Shown: in pieces, positions 55,303-64,000 of the stretch | How positions within the stretch are numbered: the stretch's first letter is position 1 | Layout: the number at the start of each line of letters is the position of its first letter | From: a virus | IMG/VR virus record: IMGVR_UViG_3300046163_000090 | Span: 53,478-117,477 of that record | Length of the DNA stretch: 64,000 bases | Direction: 5' to 3' (one strand) | The notes under the pieces: generated by a model | What the model was told of the DNA's origin: nothing | Database searches by the model: none | The model's input: only the letters and a program-made list of their open reading frames with translations | Made by a program: the position numbers and the translations under genes

Positions 55303-55692
55303 TTAAAAAATATCATCTTGATCAGAAAAATCAGAATCTTTCTTCATTAGCTCTTTAGTCTCGTACTTGGTGACATGATCAATATAAAGCTCAAACTCTT
55401 TCTCTACGCGAAACCAAGATTCATTCACGATAAAAAAGCCTAAGTTATTGATCCAATCTAAGTAAGTATCAAAAGTTCTCGTATAGTCAAACCAATAATT
55501 CATAGATTTAGCCCAATGATCCATAGCATTTTCAAAAGAACCTAATCTAATTGAGGGATCGTATTCCCACTCCCATTCATGAAGATTATCTAGTAGCCAC
55601 TCTTTCTTCTCATCTAATGGCATCGAGTCATATTCGGGAATTTCTTTTGCGATGTATTCTTGGATTTCTTTGACATATTGTTTGGCTTTCAT
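55303..55692 (-). CDS. hypothetical protein
   Basis: 129 aa; TTGACA-17-CATAAT promoter and GAAAGGA SD. Confidence 0.7.
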   Translation of the reverse strand: MKAKQYVKEIQEYIAKEIPEYDSMPLDEKKEWLLDNLHEWEWEYDPSIRLGSFENAMDHWAKSMNYWFDYTRTFDTYLDWINNLGFFIVNESWFRVEKEFELYIDHVTKYETKELMKKDSDFSDQDDIF

Positions 55693-55853
55693 GTTTTCCT
55701 TTCGTGTGATTAATAAGATATGAACCCATTATGACAGAGAATGTACTTATGTCAACATTTTTTTGATTTTTTTTGATTGAGTCTAATTAAATCATTTAAA
55801 TATAAAGTAATTTTGAAAATTTTAATTTGAAAGAATTACTTTGATAACTAAAT

Positions 55854-56084
55854 TTATTTACTTCCTCCATTTATATTTTCTAGTCTATTATATTCTACTT
55901 CTCTAAGTTTACTTGCTTTAATTTCTTTTTCAATTAAATTGTGAATGTTAGTTGTGTCTTCTATTGCAGTACCGAAATACATATCAATTAAATCTGCGAT
56001 TTGATCAACGCACTCATATAAACGATATTGATCTCCACCATTTTGTGGTACTCTAAATTTAATTTCTTCTGTAATGTAATTCAT
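55854..56084 (-). CDS. hypothetical protein
   Basis: Start reassigned to MNYITEE after a TTGACA..TATAGT promoter. Confidence 0.6.
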   Translation of the reverse strand: MNYITEEIKFRVPQNGGDQYRLYECVDQIADLIDMYFGTAIEDTTNIHNLIEKEIKASKLREVEYNRLENINGGSK

Positions 56085-56091
56085 GTCGATA

Positions 56092-56310
56092 CTATAACTC
56101 TTTTTTATTCCATGTGTCAACAACTAAATTCATTTGTTCTGATAAAGTTACATCTTCACTAATTGGTTTGAGATGAACGCTAATCTTATCTTCGTAATCA
56201 GTATCATCAGTTGGTAAAAAGTGAATTGTTGATATTTCTCCATCGAGAATAGCTTGAATATCGCTTGGAGTCAAGCCTATTTCAATATTATACGCTTTGG
56301 CAGTATTCAT
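56092..56310 (-). CDS. hypothetical protein
   Basis: 72 aa. Confidence 0.6.
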   Translation of the reverse strand: MNTAKAYNIEIGLTPSDIQAILDGEISTIHFLPTDDTDYEDKISVHLKPISEDVTLSEQMNLVVDTWNKKEL

Positions 56311-56481
56311 TTAAATAAATTCCTTCATTAATTAATTCATCTTCAGTAAACTCTCTTGGTTCTGACCACTCTTCGTCCTGCAACCAATAAGTGCCTGTGT
56401 AAGAATTAGTATTCTAGTTTATTAATATTATCTTCTATGTAATCATTCATGGTTATACCTTATATTGTCTTTACTATTGTG

Positions 56482-56682
56482 TCAAGAATTATTTTCGTAT
56501 TGATCAATTAAATCTTCTAAATCCCATTCAGTATATTCTTTAATTAATTTTTTAAAATCTCCATCTACATAAGTTGCTCCACCTGTGCCATCATTGCATA
56601 TTTCCACATCTTTAATATTGGTTTTGCATTGATAACCAACCCCCTTATTTGTTTCAAAATATCTAACGCTTGTTACTTTCAT
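56482..56682 (-). CDS. hypothetical phage protein
   Basis: VRYFET..G.GY.CKT..I.NDG.GG.TY motif. Confidence 0.7.
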   Translation of the reverse strand: MKVTSVRYFETNKGVGYQCKTNIKDVEICNDGTGGATYVDGDFKKLIKEYTEWDLEDLIDQYENNS

Positions 56683-56939
56683 GCGATCTCCAATCTATAA
56701 TAACCATTCTCGATCAATTCAGTATCAGTTAAAGATTCAAGACCATTATAATCTTCATAGACTTCACGAATATATTTGAGAGACTTACCTACATAAAACG
56801 AAGGAGAATATTCATCTGAATCTCTTCCGTTTGATTTATCTGCTTCAATAATATAATCTAGCATTTTTTGTGGCTCAACATTCCACTTCATTTGAACATG
56901 AAGATTCTTTTCTCTAAAATGATCTCTTGTTTCTTTCAT
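56679..56939 (-). CDS. hypothetical protein
   Basis: Start reassigned to MKETRD (ATGA overlap). Confidence 0.6.
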   Translation of the reverse strand: MKETRDHFREKNLHVQMKWNVEPQKMLDYIIEADKSNGRDSDEYSPSFYVGKSLKYIREVYEDYNGLESLTDTELIENGYYRLEIA

Positions 56940-57196
56940 AGTGTTAATTCCTTTGTGATTGTTATATCTAATACTCCCCAATTCATTTGAGTATCGACCC
57001 GAAGTCCTCTTGTTTTCAAAAAGTCAATAATAAAATGTCTATATCTCCAAATATCTTTATCCCAATTATAATGATCGCAAGTTTCAAAACGAGAAGAATC
57101 TTTTCTATATACTTCTTCTATTTGTTCTTGGATAAAAAATCGCAATTTCTCTTTAAGTTTTTTACTCATGCCTTGAGTAGATTCTTCCCATTTCAT
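56936..57196 (-). CDS. hypothetical protein
   Basis: 86 aa with coupled overlaps. Confidence 0.65.
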   Translation of the reverse strand: MKWEESTQGMSKKLKEKLRFFIQEQIEEVYRKDSSRFETCDHYNWDKDIWRYRHFIIDFLKTRGLRVDTQMNWGVLDITITKELTL

Positions 57197-57459
57197 TGTA
57201 TATATTCCCTTTCTTGTAAATATTCTTTAAAATTAGCTTTAAACTCTGTCAACCAATTAGGACATTCCTCTGCAATCTCTGCTACTATTTGCCAAGGATC
57301 ACCTAAATAATTATCAATGTCAACATCATAATAAAATTTTATTTGATCTGCCAAAGACATATCTTTTATATATTGTTCGTATGTTGGTAATTCCATGATT
57401 ACATTGTCGTAATATTCGCACTCATCTTCGTTTGTGCCATCGTATATTGGTTGTTTCAT
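57193..57459 (-). CDS. hypothetical acidic protein
   Basis: 88 aa; TTGACA promoter upstream. Confidence 0.65.
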   Translation of the reverse strand: MKQPIYDGTNEDECEYYDNVIMELPTYEQYIKDMSLADQIKFYYDVDIDNYLGDPWQIVAEIAEECPNWLTEFKANFKEYLQEREYIQ

Positions 57460-57568
57460 ATTTTTAAACTAGGTTAATTTGCATGATATGTCAAGCGTAA
57501 TTATAATTTATTAATAAAAACTTTGCATTTAACTCTTAAAACTATTGTTCTGCATCTTTTATCAAGCG

Positions 57569-57802
57569 TTATTGTAATCTACCCCCTGCATCTAATACAT
57601 TGCGAAGACAACTTGATTGCCCTGCTCTTGCAGTAACTTTCTTGGCATGAGCAAACGCACTAGGATCACTAAAGGTTTGCATAACCATAGTTGACTTATC
57701 AAGATAGACATTAAGACCCTTCTTGGGGATCGAGTTTGCTATCTTCTCGGCGTTGGCGATTGATTGGTTAATACTATCTAAGAATGCTTCTGTTGTGTTC
57801 AT
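57569..57802 (-). CDS. hypothetical protein
   Basis: 77 aa; TTGACA..TAATGT promoter upstream. Confidence 0.65.
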   Translation of the reverse strand: MNTTEAFLDSINQSIANAEKIANSIPKKGLNVYLDKSTMVMQTFSDPSAFAHAKKVTARAGQSSCLRNVLDAGGRLQ

Positions 57803-57817
57803 GGTTTATACATTAGA

Positions 57818-58123
57818 TTAGTTTTGATTGCCTGTCAATAGTTTTTTTAAATTAAATTCGGGATGATGTAATTCGTGATGACAATTATGGCAAAGCAACT
57901 GACACTTGTTTGACTCCTTCAAGACCCTGTTCCATTCGTAATTAGCTATATTTCGCATTTCTACATTAAATGATTTTGTGCTAGGATCAACATGATGGAA
58001 AGTTAATGCAGTTAAATTTTTGTTATAGCCACATATTTCACAACATCCACCTTTTAATTTAACTAAATTTAGTTTTCGTTTAATTCCTCTTCGTCTTTGT
58101 CTAGCATAAGATTTTTCTTTCAT
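57818..58123 (-). CDS. HNH endonuclease
   Basis: KGGCCEICGY..LTFHHVDP..KCQLLCHNCHHELH. Confidence 0.88.
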   Translation of the reverse strand: MKEKSYARQRRRGIKRKLNLVKLKGGCCEICGYNKNLTALTFHHVDPSTKSFNVEMRNIANYEWNRVLKESNKCQLLCHNCHHELHHPEFNLKKLLTGNQN

Positions 58124-58256
58124 AATTTAAATATTTGCATGGAGAGTATCCATGACTAACTCCGATATAGCAGTAATCGAATTACTTTCTAGTCTTTTTT
58201 AGTTGATCAAACAGGGAGTGTTCTTTTGGAGAGAACGAAAAGAGGTGAACCCACAT

Positions 58257-58571
58257 TTAATATTTTATATTTACTCCACCCTTAACATAATTTGGCTCTT
58301 TCTTTATCCATTCGGGCAAATCTAATCTTTTAACTTTAGCATACTCTCTTAAAAAGAATTGGAAAGCGATTTCATCATCATGTATTTGAGCTTTGCGTAT
58401 CTCTTCTAGGTAGACTTTTTCTTCTATTTTATATGCTTCATCTAAAGATAATAAATAATTTATTTCATTTTGCATTTCTACCGAACGAGAAACTTTAGTA
58501 TCTTCGGGTTGAAGATTAGAAGAATGATTACATCCTACAAAAAGTAAGATTGTTAAAGTTAAATATTTCAT
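58257..58571 (-). CDS. putative lipoprotein
   Basis: MKYLTLTILLFVGC signal/lipobox; start reassigned. Confidence 0.65.
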   Translation of the reverse strand: MKYLTLTILLFVGCNHSSNLQPEDTKVSRSVEMQNEINYLLSLDEAYKIEEKVYLEEIRKAQIHDDEIAFQFFLREYAKVKRLDLPEWIKKEPNYVKGGVNIKY

Positions 58572-58999
58572 CAATACCAACAACTATAAAATACCCTATA
58601 ACCTTTGTCAAGCATTTTATGTGCTTCTGCAACGAAATTTAAATCTTGTTCTTTAAAATAGTATTCATTGTCGGGATATGGTTTATCATCTTCATCGTTC
58701 CAAGAATATGAATCACTACCCCAAAAGAATCCATTTGATTCGGGTAAATTCATTTCAAGAATGTCATCTTTAAGATCATAAAGGTCTGCTCTAGTTAATT
58801 GTAACTCAACAGAGTTAAAGTCACCACTAAAGTCATTTTCGTCTTCAGATGGTTTCCAATTTGGTCTACCTTTATTTTCCCAAAGATTTTCCATCCAACC
58901 TTGCAAGCGATTGTGTTTGCGCCAATCGCAAATTGAGACATCTGCATCACTATTTCTTTTGCGAGGTGGACGAGCATAAGCGTACATATCTAATCCCAT
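58571..58999 (-). CDS. conserved phage protein (MGLDMY..WRKHN family)
   Basis: MGLDMYAY..WRKHNRLQGWM..LP...GFFWGSD..VFYSCW. Confidence 0.8.
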   Translation of the reverse strand: MGLDMYAYARPPRKRNSDADVSICDWRKHNRLQGWMENLWENKGRPNWKPSEDENDFSGDFNSVELQLTRADLYDLKDDILEMNLPESNGFFWGSDSYSWNDEDDKPYPDNEYYFKEQDLNFVAEAHKMLDKGYRVFYSCWY

Positions 59000-59011
59000 A
59001 ATATTTTCTCC

Positions 59012-59206
59012 TTATTGTATTTTATTTAATGATTCTCCTTGTTTCCAAGCTAAAGCATTTGTTACTTTTTTAATAACAGACTCACAATGCAATAAATTTT
59101 CCGCATTTTCATCTGTAAGTTTATTTAAATTTCTTAAAGCTAAATTCGCCTCTAAGATAATACTTTGCAAAACTCTCTCTTTATTAATTATATTTCTTCT
59201 TTCCAT
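59012..59206 (-). CDS. hypothetical protein
   Basis: 64 aa. Confidence 0.55.
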   Translation of the reverse strand: MERRNIINKERVLQSIILEANLALRNLNKLTDENAENLLHCESVIKKVTNALAWKQGESLNKIQ

Positions 59207-59207
59207 G

Positions 59208-59423
59208 TTAATGTTGTAGCTCTTTTGTTAAAAAAGAAATGTGACCATTTTTTGTTGGCTTGCCATGTCTAGCTTTAACTACATCATAATGATCTCCATC
59301 TAAGATTATTACTTTCTTTACTACTGAAAAGATTCGATTTAACTCTTTTGTCTCTAATCCATGATCGTGTTGCAGAATAAGAGTGCTTGTGTTTTGTATA
59401 TTATTCATTTGTATATTATTCAT
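59208..59423 (-). CDS. hypothetical protein
   Basis: 71 aa; MNNIQ duplicated at the N-terminus. Confidence 0.55.
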   Translation of the reverse strand: MNNIQMNNIQNTSTLILQHDHGLETKELNRIFSVVKKVIILDGDHYDVVKARHGKPTKNGHISFLTKELQH

Positions 59424-59449
59424 CTTTTGTATTGGTTGGATTTAATTGT

Positions 59450-60067
59450 TTATGCTACTAATAAATCTTCTTCAATTAATTCGCCATTCTTTGTGGGAAT
59501 AACAACATCGACAAGAAAATCTCTAATCATTTCTGTGATTTGAATTAATTCGTGAAATTCGTCAAAGTCTAAAGAATGTGCATCACCTTGTCCACCATAA
59601 GACATACGATAACCTTCTCGTAATGGTGCAGTTTTACCTGTGCTTTTTCTGACCCAATTTCCTGTTTGAGGACATTTAACATATTGCCAAGGTTGATGAA
59701 AAGCATTTAGATAAACTAATATATCAAGATTACCTTTCATGTTGCCGACACTATCTTTTCTCTCTGTCCAATCAATAAAGTCAATATTAGCAGATGGAAA
59801 ATCATCTTTTACATCTTTTAATTGAACCATGATTCCTTTATAGTTTTCTTTGGTATAATATGTATATGGTTGTCCACCAAATTGATTCGCTAGAGTTGCC
59901 TTGCAACCTGTCATCTCGCACATTTTTCGGTCACGATCACCTTTACTCTTCCATGACAAAATATGTTCAGAGGGCAAAACTTTTTTTACTAAAGCATTGC
60001 TTTTGAATATTACATTTTCGGGTGACCATGTTTTCCAACGGACATTTGTGTTTGTGAAGTGATTCAT
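59450..60067 (-). CDS. hypothetical protein
   Basis: 205 aa; TTGACA promoter and AAGGA SD. Confidence 0.75.
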   Translation of the reverse strand: MNHFTNTNVRWKTWSPENVIFKSNALVKKVLPSEHILSWKSKGDRDRKMCEMTGCKATLANQFGGQPYTYYTKENYKGIMVQLKDVKDDFPSANIDFIDWTERKDSVGNMKGNLDILVYLNAFHQPWQYVKCPQTGNWVRKSTGKTAPLREGYRMSYGGQGDAHSLDFDEFHELIQITEMIRDFLVDVVIPTKNGELIEEDLLVA

Positions 60068-60285
60068 TTTTATTCCTTTTTTAATTGTTAATGATCTTAC
60101 ATTAAACTAGGGATTCGGCGTTGTCAAGAGAAAAGTTTGAATGTTTATGACCATGTTCATCATAAAAGGCTTGAACAACCTCTACTGCATTCAAAACTTT
60201 CAATTGCTCATCGGTCTTATCACCAAGAGCAGAAGTTTCTGCTTCATTAATAACTATATACATTGCTTCTTCTAATTTCATAATT

Positions 60286-60483
60286 TTATTCTGATTTAAA
60301 AGTTAAATTCCATTCTTCGATAATTTCGGAGTCAGACATATTGCTCAAACCCTCGAAACCATCTACTAATAAATTAATAATGTCTGCGACATTCATGTTC
60401 ATTGCTTCTGCTTCTGCAAGATCAAACCTCATGTCATCTACCGAGGGTTCTCCATCGCGTAATTGTTCTTCTCTTGTTCTCAT
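60286..60483 (-). CDS. hypothetical acidic protein
   Basis: 65 aa; AGGAG SD. Confidence 0.65.
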   Translation of the reverse strand: MRTREEQLRDGEPSVDDMRFDLAEAEAMNMNVADIINLLVDGFEGLSNMSDSEIIEEWNLTFKSE

Positions 60484-60486
60484 GTT

Positions 60487-60690
60487 TTATTCTCCTTCAT
60501 TGGTTGCTACTACCAATAGCTTGACATCTTCACCATCTCCTGTCAAGCCAAAAACATCAAGACAGGCTTGAAAAACCTCTCCATCTTCGGGGGCAATGCT
60601 AATCCATGCACAATTTTGACCACTTTCGGTTTCAATAACATCCCACTCATGCTCAAGTAGTCTAGCTTTTTGATATTTTGTTAATTTCAT
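60487..60690 (-). CDS. hypothetical protein
   Basis: 67 aa. Confidence 0.65.
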   Translation of the reverse strand: MKLTKYQKARLLEHEWDVIETESGQNCAWISIAPEDGEVFQACLDVFGLTGDGEDVKLLVVATNEGE

Positions 60691-60698
60691 AATTTTAT

Positions 60699-60938
60699 TT
60701 ATACAATAATATTTGGTTCATTTAATTTATCCCAATCAACTTCATTGGATTTTATTTTCCACGCGATTTCTCCGTTGGTAGGATCAGCATATTCGATATT
60801 GAAGTCAGAGTCAAGTAAAATTTCATCATTATCCATTTCTCTAACAATTAATTCTGCTTCCTCTCGATCTTCTGCCTCGACATAAAAGCAATTAATTATT
60901 TTAACTCCAACACAATATTCTCTTTTTTTATTCTTCAT
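60699..60938 (-). CDS. small VEAExxEEA-motif protein (DpnD/PcfM-like)
   Basis: YCVGV..YVEAEDREEAE. Confidence 0.6.
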   Translation of the reverse strand: MKNKKREYCVGVKIINCFYVEAEDREEAELIVREMDNDEILLDSDFNIEYADPTNGEIAWKIKSNEVDWDKLNEPNIIV

Positions 60939-61120
60939 TTTTTTTGCTTGTAATAATTTTGATCTAATAACTCATCTAATAAATGTACGATACCCCAACC
61001 TAATTCTCTATCTAGTGAAACAGGTTGATCTTCTCGCTCTTGTGGAGGCTTGAAATCATGCCATAAGATAGATAAAAGGTGATCTCTCTGTTCCTCTAGT
61101 AATGTATAGTCAATGTTCAT
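60935..61120 (-). CDS. hypothetical protein
   Basis: 61 aa with coupled overlaps. Confidence 0.6.
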   Translation of the reverse strand: MNIDYTLLEEQRDHLLSILWHDFKPPQEREDQPVSLDRELGWGIVHLLDELLDQNYYKQKK

Positions 61121-61533
61121 CTTATTTGTTGCTCCATTTCCATGATTTGATCTTGGGTGAGTCCACCTTTAAGGGTGCTACCCCATTCAAGTGGAGCATT
61201 ATCATTTAAATCGCAAGCGATTTCTATGTTGCTAACATTATGCCATGCTTCATCTGCGTTAACACTACCATCGGGATTGCGACTTGATTTTTTAAATTTT
61301 TTATTACAATTTTCTTCTATGTGATTAGAGACAATCACTATATCATCAGCAATGCAAGCCAAGCGATGCCTTAGCTCAAGATTCTCTTTCATTAATCTTT
61401 CAATATTTTGCTTATTAATCTCACTCTCAACCTCTGTCAAATAAGAATAGCTTGATTGTTTTTTTCTTTCAGCTAAAGTCATGTTGATAGATTCTTCGTA
61501 AGTTGGATAATCATCTCCTATTATTTCGTTCAT
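61117..61533 (-). CDS. hypothetical protein
   Basis: 138 aa. Confidence 0.65.
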   Translation of the reverse strand: MNEIIGDDYPTYEESINMTLAERKKQSSYSYLTEVESEINKQNIERLMKENLELRHRLACIADDIVIVSNHIEENCNKKFKKSSRNPDGSVNADEAWHNVSNIEIACDLNDNAPLEWGSTLKGGLTQDQIMEMEQQIR

Positions 61534-61973
61534 TATATTATCTTTCTACTGCTTTTATAAAATCATAAGGATCATTTGCATCAATATTAAATTTAGTTGC
61601 TAATCCATCTATTATTTTCTGACTTAATTTCATTTGCTTCCATTGCCTTCTCTATAACTAACAGGTTTTCCTCTTTCATGCTCAAGTTGAGTTTTAACAG
61701 AACCTACTAATTGAGTTATGTAGTCCATAAAGTCATATTCGTTGTCTAAATATTTATTATTGAATTTGTTGATCATTCTTTTACCTTATATAATATATTT
61801 GTTGTTGTCAAGCATTTATTTTTCGGGTGGAAATCTACCATAGTTTCCCATGCCATCGTAATCCATGAAGTCGGCATTAACTTCACTCATTATTTTATCC
61901 ATTTGTTTTTTAGATGCGCGCGCATTTTTTCTGCGATAAAACCAATTAATTATTGTGCGAATTATTTTCATGT

Positions 61974-62201
61974 TTATTCTCCCCTAATATATGCACCAAA
62001 CTCATCATTATCCATGTGCGATGTTCCACCGAGAGGATTACAAGCAACGACACTTGCCCCTTCTTTCCATGCGGTGCTAATCATATAGTCTTCATCCAAT
62101 TGAGCGAAAGCTATATTTTGTGCATCTTCGGGTGATTCTGCTTCAACTTCAAATGTACGATATGTCGTACTACTCATTTCTACTTCGTATGTTTTTTTCA
62201 T
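61974..62201 (-). CDS. small VEAESxEDA-motif protein (DpnD/PcfM-like)
   Basis: KTYEVEM..FEVEAESPEDAQ. Confidence 0.65.
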   Translation of the reverse strand: MKKTYEVEMSSTTYRTFEVEAESPEDAQNIAFAQLDEDYMISTAWKEGASVVACNPLGGTSHMDNDEFGAYIRGE

Positions 62202-62203
62202 AA

Positions 62204-62482
62204 TTAATAAATGTAAATTGGAGTATATTCACCAACATAAGCGCCGTCAATATTAAAATAAAAATATTCTCTCGCTTCATCGACGCTCATATTATCTCTC
62301 TCTGTGAGAGTTTCAAGAATAGAGTCAACTGAATAAACAACTCTACCCTTGGTATCGTATCCAAGTATAGAATCGTCAAACCCATCGGCAAACATTGCTT
62401 CGGGATTAGTTTCTTTTATTTCTTCTATTAAAGCTTCTTTGCGAGCTTTATTATCTTTTTTTAGAGTTTCTATTATGTCCAT
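62204..62482 (-). CDS. conserved phage protein
   Basis: ADGFDDSILG..VVYS..EAREYFYFNIDGAYVGEYTPI motif. Confidence 0.8.
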   Translation of the reverse strand: MDIIETLKKDNKARKEALIEEIKETNPEAMFADGFDDSILGYDTKGRVVYSVDSILETLTERDNMSVDEAREYFYFNIDGAYVGEYTPIYIY

Positions 62483-62514
62483 GTTTTATATTAGAACATA
62501 ATAGTTGAACTATG

Positions 62515-62748
62515 TCAAGACTCTTTTACTGCTTCAAGCATTCTTATAGTCCATTCTATATAAAGAGCGAGTTCTTCAAACATTCTGTCAATGTTACCGC
62601 GCTCGATCCAAAAATTTATTTGATCCATAATATCTTGACTCTTTTGCCGTAGTGTTTTGAGTTCGTTTAATGAAAAAACTCCTTGATCGACTAATTTTCC
62701 AACTTCTTTAACTAGCATAGAGTTAGCTTTGTGGCTTGTTGTAAGCAT
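62515..62748 (-). CDS. hypothetical protein (start uncertain)
   Basis: 77-aa ORF; a possible indel lies near the start. Confidence 0.5.
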   Translation of the reverse strand: MLTTSHKANSMLVKEVGKLVDQGVFSLNELKTLRQKSQDIMDQINFWIERGNIDRMFEELALYIEWTIRMLEAVKES

Positions 62749-62767
62749 TTTAATAATTCTTCTTCTT

Positions 62768-63350
62768 TCATGTTATTTTATAATTTAGCGTCCACCTATC
62801 TTCAATATTATACAAGTCCTTAAAAGGTATATAAATGAATTTATCCTTTCTGCCTTTTCTAGTAAAAAATTGATATGTGGAATTTTGCGGGTCGCTAATG
62901 ACATAAGGTTTTTGCATTACTTGATTCTTGTTATACATTTTTGATATACAATAATCGCGTAAAATTTTTCTAATTCACCATTAAAAAGCCGTTTAGTTTT
63001 TCAAATCCTATATAATCAGCTTTTCCTTCTAGCCAACCTTTATTTCCGTTTACGTTTTAAACTCTATTAATGTAAAGTCGAGATTTGTTTTTTTCGTCAT
63101 ATCTATTTATATTTTTAATGGCTTTAACATCAACTAATCTTGAGCCGTGTGTTTTTGGGTTGATAACTTTGAAGTCGTAATGGTCAAGCATATCTTGTTG
63201 ATTGTTAGAACCAATGACATTAAGATTATTTTGGTTACAGCATTGTTTAAATAATTTTTCACATCTATTGCCAATTGAAAAAGAAGATTTAAATTTTTCT
63301 TTCGCAGTTAAATTCTGATTTGGATTATCGAAAAGAGAATCATGAGTCAT
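62768..63350 (-). pseudogene. PD-(D/E)XK-like nuclease gene broken by frameshifts (or sequencing errors)
   Basis: HYDF..VDVKA in one frame; IEFK, NVNGNKGWLEGKADYIGFE and FTRKGRKDKF continue through shifted frames at homopolymers. Confidence 0.65.
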
Positions 63351-63546
63351 GGCATCCACCCCCACAACATTGATCTGATCCACCCATAACTGAAAATTCT
63401 ACTATTTCTTGTACATATTTTTGTAGTTCGGGTTCTAGCTTATTTGCGATCATTTCTCTCGCACTTTCAGATTGTAAATTAATTTGACAAGTACCTGTGT
63501 TGCCACAAGCAACTTCACTTAAAACTTTTAATATTATTTCTTTCAT
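63340..63546 (-). CDS. hypothetical protein
   Basis: QINLQSESAREMIA; Cys-rich C-terminus. Confidence 0.65.
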   Translation of the reverse strand: MKEIILKVLSEVACGNTGTCQINLQSESAREMIANKLEPELQKYVQEIVEFSVMGGSDQCCGGGCHDS

Positions 63547-63776
63547 ATATTTGGAACAGGATAGTCTGTTTCGTTTTTATATTTCTCTAAATTTTCAAGC
63601 CTATCATTTGCATCAGCAAGTAAAGATAGTGCTTCTTCCGCATTTTTGTAGAAATCTTCGGTAGAATGATCTCCAATACCTACCGCATGATCACTTAAAA
63701 GATCAAGTGTAAGTTTAGCTTTAGCTACGTCCGCTTCAGCGGAACTTTTTAACATATTATATAGATTATTATTCAT
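63543..63776 (-). CDS. conserved phage protein (VGIGDH motif)
   Basis: AKAKLTL..AVGIGDHS helical hairpin family. Confidence 0.7.
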   Translation of the reverse strand: MNNNLYNMLKSSAEADVAKAKLTLDLLSDHAVGIGDHSTEDFYKNAEEALSLLADANDRLENLEKYKNETDYPVPNI

Positions 63777-64000
63777 TACCTGTGATTATATACCATATTT
63801 GTAGAAAAATCAAGAGAAAAAATACACAAATTGCTCCCAATAAAACTTTTGTTGCTTCAATTCTGTCTTTCATTTGTTTTCTTTCTGCACTCAATATTTG
63901 ATTTATACAATTCTTGTTGTCGTTTAAGTTCATTAGTATCTTGTTGTAGTAAGCGAATACCCTTGTTTTCTGTTATATTACCATCAAGAATTCCTCTGAC

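Noticed and set aside
1-64000. Stop-codon reassignment
   Set aside because: Long genes are intact and densely packed in the standard code, and TAA, TAG and TGA all serve as stops.

Overview
This is a 64-kb piece of a large, AT-rich tailed dsDNA phage genome, read in the standard genetic code, with no tRNA, rRNA or CRISPR array seen. Bases 1-36.8 kb are the late/structural module. It holds a gpJ-like tail tip, two DUF2827-like and one GT34-like glycosyltransferases, a fibre protein, major capsid, scaffold/protease, portal, large terminase, an ERCC4 nuclease, a sigma-like factor, LamG fibres, a mucin-like M8-type metalloprotease, lysis candidates, PhoH and two J-domain proteins. Most transcription units in this module are preceded by a GTGTA motif. 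Bases 36.9-64 kb are an early/accessory region of small genes with sigma70-type promoters, many apparently leaderless, plus Gp88-like, DUF932, sigma70-region-4, rIIA/rIIB and HNH genes. The most striking unexplained structure is at 38.1-47.9 kb, where ten exactly spaced 67-bp dyad elements (25-bp palindrome + 17-bp GC palindrome centred on CCWGG + 25-bp palindrome) partition self-promoted gene blocks. Every strand switch in that interval falls on an element, and one block is duplicated element-to-element, which suggests a cassette-shuffling system whose recombinase is not in this window. Two related 45-bp tandem arrays sit inside this region. Just after it lies a ~300-nt structured ncRNA candidate with a consensus promoter, a boxA-like motif and a terminator. 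All protein family calls are by motif recognition only; no database searches were run.
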